Source: Clostridia bacterium (GTDB lineage: Bacteria > Bacillota > Clostridia > Christensenellales > Aristaeellaceae). Taken from it: a DNA stretch of 64,000 bases. The stretch is taken from assembly GCA_017543905.1 (NCBI GenBank), contig JAFYFC010000040.1, positions 114,824 to 178,823 on the forward strand, read 5' to 3'. Positions 60,955 to 64,000 of the stretch are shown piece after piece. The stretch's first letter is position 1, and every line of letters starts with the position of its first letter. The position numbers were made by a program, and so were the translations under genes. Under the pieces are notes generated by a model. It was not told the origin of the DNA, did not search any database, and worked only from the letters and a program-made list of their open reading frames with translations.

Positions 60955-61785
60955 TTACTCTGCCGCCGCTTCCGTTTCCTCTGCAGCTTCTGCGGAGTCC
61001 CTGCTCAGGTCCAGCCCGTTAAAGAACCGCATGGAAAGCTCCGAAAGCCTGCCGTCCTCGCGCATCATCTCAAGCACCTCGTTGATCGCGGCAAGCAGCG
61101 TAGCGCTGTCGTCGCCCTTGCGTACGGGTATGACCACGAGATCGCCTTCAGTCTCCGCGACCACCTTTAACGGCGCGTCGGGATGCTCGGTGAAATAATC
61201 GTTTATCGTGACCTGTGAGTTTATCGTCGCGTCCACGCGTCTTTGTATGACGAGCTGGATAGTGTTCGCCAGCGTGTCTACGCCCACGACCTCGGCGCCG
61301 TATTTCTCGCCCAGCGCAGCATAAGTGCTGGCGGACGTGTTGGCGGTCTTCTTGCCCTTTAAATCCTCGAACGATTTGATGGAATCGTTGTCGATCCTCA
61401 CGACCAGCACCTTGCGGGTAAACGCGTACGGGGTCGAGAAATCGTATTTCTGCGCGCGCTCTTCGGTGATGCCTATACCGTTGCAGGCGATATCGAAGCG
61501 TTTTGAATCGATGCCTGCGAGTATCGCGTCGAATTTGGTTTCCGCAAAGCGCGCTTCCACGCCGAGATATTCGGCGATCGCTTTGCCGATTTCGATGTCG
61601 TAGCCGGTAAGCTCCTTGGTGGTTTCGTCGCGGTACGTCCACGGCGACCAGTCGCCCTCGGTAGCGATGACGATATAGCCGCGCGCCTTGATGTCTTCAA
61701 GCTGATCCGCGCCGGCAAAGGCGGCAAAAGACACAATAAGCGTCAGTGCGAGCACAAGGCTCAGAATGCGTGAGAGTTTTGACAT
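60955..61785 (-). CDS. Amino acid ABC transporter substrate-binding protein (family 3)
   Basis: I prefer ATG 61785 (MSKLSRILSLVLALTLIVSFAAFAG.., RBS AAGGAG). GYDIEIGKAIAEYLGV, FDIACNGIGITEERAQKYDFSTPY. Acidic tail AEAAEETEAAAE. Confidence 0.85.
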   Translation of the reverse strand: MSKLSRILSLVLALTLIVSFAAFAGADQLEDIKARGYIVIATEGDWSPWTYRDETTKELTGYDIEIGKAIAEYLGVEARFAETKFDAILAGIDSKRFDIACNGIGITEERAQKYDFSTPYAFTRKVLVVRIDNDSIKSFEDLKGKKTANTSASTYAALGEKYGAEVVGVDTLANTIQLVIQRRVDATINSQVTINDYFTEHPDAPLKVVAETEGDLVVIPVRKGDDSATLLAAINEVLEMMREDGRLSELSMRFFNGLDLSRDSAEAAEETEAAAE

Positions 61786-61842
61786 ATTCGTCTCCTTTAT
61801 ATTCCGTCGGTCGTGCTTGCTGATATGTACAGCCTTAATGCC

Positions 61843-61875
61843 AAAAACAGCATATGCCGTTTCCCGCATATGCTG
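61843..61875 (-). terminator. Intrinsic terminator after bioY
   Basis: Minus strand CAGCATATGC-GGGAAACG-GCATATGCTG followed by TTTTT. Confidence 0.7.
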
Positions 61876-61876
61876 C

Positions 61877-61905
61877 ATTATATTTTAATCTTTGACATTT
61901 GTCAA
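61877..61905 (-). promoter_or_regulatory. Promoter TTGACA-17-TATAAT for the ABC/M20 operon, abutting the terminator
   Basis: Minus-strand hexamers at 61905-61900 and 61882-61877. The -35 is half of the perfect palindrome TTGACATTTGTCAA (61892-61905). Confidence 0.6.
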
Positions 61906-61972
61906 CCCTGTTTGCGAATAATTCATACTCCCGCCTGTTAACTTTTATACCTAAGTAAACGGCAGCTTTCGC

Positions 61973-62518
61973 TCATACCAGGGGCAGCGCCCTTTTCAGC
62001 CTGCTTCCTACCACGACGGCAAGCGTGATTTTGGCCGCGTCGGGCAGTATAAACGGCAGCACGCACAGAGTTAAGGCTTTTCCGAGGCCGTATTGCGTGC
62101 CGCGCGCCGCGTACACCCCGACGAACCAGAGCGTGCCTAAAACGTAGCAAAGCAGCATGCCAAGCGCAAGCGACATGTATCTAACGAGCCTGCTTTTTTC
62201 GCCCGGCTTCTCGAGCGCCGTATAGCACAGACCCGCCAGCAGGAAGCCGATCATGTAGCCGCCCGTCGGGCCAAGTGCATATGCGATGCCGGCATTGAAG
62301 CCCGAAAACACAGGCACGCCCGCGCAGCCCAAAAGGATATACAGTGCTGTGGCGAGGGTGCCTCTGCGTCCGCCGAGTATTATGAGCGCGGCAAACACGC
62401 CGAAGGTCTGCATAGTAAACGGCACCGTAAACGGTACCGTTATCCATGAGCAGATCGCTATTACCACCGCCATCAGCGCGACGTACAGCATGCTTTTAAG
62501 CTTCAGCCTTTGCGTCAC
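61973..62518 (-). CDS. bioY: Biotin transporter BioY (ECF S-component)
   Basis: 181 aa: TMQTFGVFAALIILG..LLGCAGVPVFSGFNAG..ALGPTGGYMIGFLLAG. GTGA overlap with the degV stop. Confidence 0.8.
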   Translation of the reverse strand: MTQRLKLKSMLYVALMAVVIAICSWITVPFTVPFTMQTFGVFAALIILGGRRGTLATALYILLGCAGVPVFSGFNAGIAYALGPTGGYMIGFLLAGLCYTALEKPGEKSRLVRYMSLALGMLLCYVLGTLWFVGVYAARGTQYGLGKALTLCVLPFILPDAAKITLAVVVGSRLKRALPLV

Positions 62519-63411
62519 TGCTCTTCCAGCTCCCGGCTTTTGCCTGTAAAAAACAGCGCGACCGTGCCCGGCCCGGTGTGGCTGCCTATTACGGTGCCGA
62601 TGCTGTTTATCAGCACCTTGCCGTTAAGTTTCGGAAAACGCGCCTCCACGAGCTCCGCAACCGCGCGCGCGTCCTCGTAACAGCCGGAATTGCTTACAAA
62701 GCACTTGCCGGAATACTCTCTGCCTCCGTCCGCATATTCCTCCATCACGTCGACTATTCTCGATATTACCTTCTTTTTGGTGCGTATCTTTTCCATCGGG
62801 ATCAGTCTGCCCAGCTTGTCCACGTGCAGCAGCGGGCATATGCCGAGTATCCCTCCGAAGAAGCCGGCGGTTTTGGACACGCGTCCGCCCTTGATGTAGT
62901 ATTTGAGCGTGGTGGAGAAAAACCAGTGGTGCAGCTTTAACTTGTTCTGCTCGATCCACGCGTAAAGCTCGTCGATGCTCAGACCCTCGTCGCGCTTGTC
63001 GGCGATCAGCTCCATAAGCAGCCCGTATCCAGAGGACGCGGCCAGCGAATCGATTATGTAAAGCTTCCTGTCCGGATATTTGGCTCTCAGCCCCTCCGCG
63101 GCTATATTGGCGGAGTTGTAGGAGCCGGAAAGTCCGCTTGAAAAATCCACGTGCAGCAAATCGCTGCCCTGCTTAAGGACGCTTTCAAAAAACGCCTCGT
63201 ATTCTTCTACATTTATCTGGCTCGTGCGCGTATCCGCGCCCTCGTCCATAGCTTTGTAGAATTTATCGAAGGGCATCGACTCTCCGAGATCGTCCGGATA
63301 CTTTTTGCCGTCCAGCTCGAACTGGAAGCAGATATATTTTATATTCCGTCTGTCGAAATGCTCCTTTGACAAATCCGCCGTGGAACAGCAGCTTATTATG
63401 TAATCGCTCAT
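62515..63411 (-). CDS. DegV family fatty-acid-binding protein
   Basis: 298 aa: IISCCSTADL, TSQINVEEY, SSGLSGSYNSA, HTGPGTVALFF. Confidence 0.85.
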   Translation of the reverse strand: MSDYIISCCSTADLSKEHFDRRNIKYICFQFELDGKKYPDDLGESMPFDKFYKAMDEGADTRTSQINVEEYEAFFESVLKQGSDLLHVDFSSGLSGSYNSANIAAEGLRAKYPDRKLYIIDSLAASSGYGLLMELIADKRDEGLSIDELYAWIEQNKLKLHHWFFSTTLKYYIKGGRVSKTAGFFGGILGICPLLHVDKLGRLIPMEKIRTKKKVISRIVDVMEEYADGGREYSGKCFVSNSGCYEDARAVAELVEARFPKLNGKVLINSIGTVIGSHTGPGTVALFFTGKSRELEEQ

Positions 63412-63485
63412 ACGCTAATCCGTCCTTCCGCGCCTTTATTAACATTCAGAGAAAAAATCCGGCGCATTTTTTAACAGCAGCAGTA

Positions 63486-63514
63486 TTGACTTGAAATAAA
63501 AACGGTGCTATACT
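63486..63514 (+). promoter_or_regulatory. Promoter TTGACT-17-TATACT of the DAHP synthase leader
   Basis: Hexamers at 63486-63491 and 63509-63514. Confidence 0.6.
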
Positions 63515-63589
63515 TCCGCCATTCAAGGGCATTCTAACATAGGCAGGTTACTTTTTCAAGCGTACGAATGCCGACATACGGAGTTTAAC

Positions 63590-63670
63590 ATGAACGAGCG
63601 CAAACACATAACCGAAATGTATTACTTTTACTTTAGCTTTACCGGCGCGGACGGTAAGGTCGGTTTGTGA
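63590..63670 (+). CDS. Candidate Tyr/Phe-rich leader peptide (26 aa) of an attenuator
   Basis: GGAG lies 6 nt upstream of the ATG. MNERKHITEMYYFYFSFTGADGKVGL: six of seven consecutive codons (63620-63640) are Tyr or Phe. Too short for the ORF track. Confidence 0.55.
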   Translation: MNERKHITEMYYFYFSFTGADGKVGL

Positions 63671-63697
63671 TTGAGTGTTTGTGATAATAAAGTCATA

Positions 63698-63738
63698 AAG
63701 GCGCCGCACAGATTGACCTGTACGGCGCCTTGATTTTT
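63698..63738 (+). terminator. Intrinsic terminator (attenuator) 27 nt upstream of the DAHP synthase ATG
   Basis: AAGGCGCCG-c-ACAG-ATTGAC-CTGT-a-CGGCGCCTT (9+4 bp) followed by GATTTTT. Confidence 0.75.
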
Positions 63739-63764
63739 AAAATGCATTTTCGGAGGACATATTT

Positions 63765-64000
63765 ATGATCGTTATACTTAAGCCGAATATCGCACAGCAA
63801 AAGCAGGCGCAGCTCATCGACTGGCTCAAAAGTATGGGACTCGGCGTCCACATATCCGTGGGCGAGTTCCAAACCGTACTTGGCCTTATCGGCGACACCA
63901 CCAAGGTCGACATCGATCTTATCAGCAGTCTCGACATAGTCGAGGCCGTAAAGCGGGTAACGGAGACCTTCAAGTGCTGCAACCGCAAATTCCATCCCGA
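63765..64000 (+). CDS. aroF: 3-deoxy-7-phosphoheptulonate (DAHP) synthase, type I-beta with N-terminal ACT/ferredoxin-like regulatory domain (partial, runs off window)
   Basis: My translation from ATG 63765 (RBS GGAGG): MIVILKPNIAQQKQAQLIDWLKSMGLGVHISVGEFQTVLGLIGDTTKVDIDLISSLDIVEAVKRVTETFKCCNRKFHP. It matches the MIVVLK...G..VH.S.G...TVIG.IGD...VD......L..VE.V.R...P.K...R.FHP pattern of Thermotoga-type DAHPS. Confidence 0.75.
   Translation, partial: MIVILKPNIAQQKQAQLIDWLKSMGLGVHISVGEFQTVLGLIGDTTKVDIDLISSLDIVEAVKRVTETFKCCNRKFHP

Overview
High-GC (about 58-60% by eye) Clostridia-type chromosomal segment. The gene content looks Oscillospiraceae/Ruminococcaceae-like, but the taxon cannot be proven from this sequence alone. 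It is densely packed: about 60 protein genes, most on the minus strand and many translationally coupled through ATGA/GTGA/TAATG overlaps. There is one tRNA-Ser(GGA). I saw no rRNA, CRISPR array, transposase or integrase. Recognisable blocks: argC (partial); a T-box leader in front of an XRE-cupin-acyl-CoA-synthetase fusion; thiN; a TIM-barrel gene coupled to a transcobalamin-like lipoprotein; an S24/LexA-like repressor heading a GDPD / PLP-enzyme / FMN-oxidoreductase / MazG operon, divergent from an XRE+ImmA pair; two tandem secreted FN3-DUF6273-like paralogs; ctsR-mcsA-mcsB-clpC with a textbook CtsR box; ispDF-luxS-mtnN; hup; GH125; two esterase paralogs; htrA-like; mutS2; U32; LCP; nnr; VanW; rarA; nrdDG; a GH95 gene broken by one in-frame TAA; a small ORF coupled to an ECF-like sigma factor; an amino-acid ABC operon containing an M20 peptidase; degV-bioY; and the start of a DAHP synthase gene. 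Best leads: (1) a 26-codon Tyr/Phe-rich mini-ORF (..MYYFYFSF..) with alternative hairpins and an intrinsic terminator directly upstream of DAHP synthase, which looks like ribosome-mediated attenuation and is unusual for Firmicutes; (2) a T-box leader controlling a non-canonical target; (3) a CbiR-like TIM barrel plus a membrane-anchored transcobalamin-like protein; (4) a multi-copy 310-380 bp intergenic repeat family; (5) a telomere-like G-rich heptamer tract between the two secreted paralogs; (6) a small protein with a double-glycine-type leader motif coupled to a sigma factor. All product calls rest on motifs I recognised in the translations. No database search was run.
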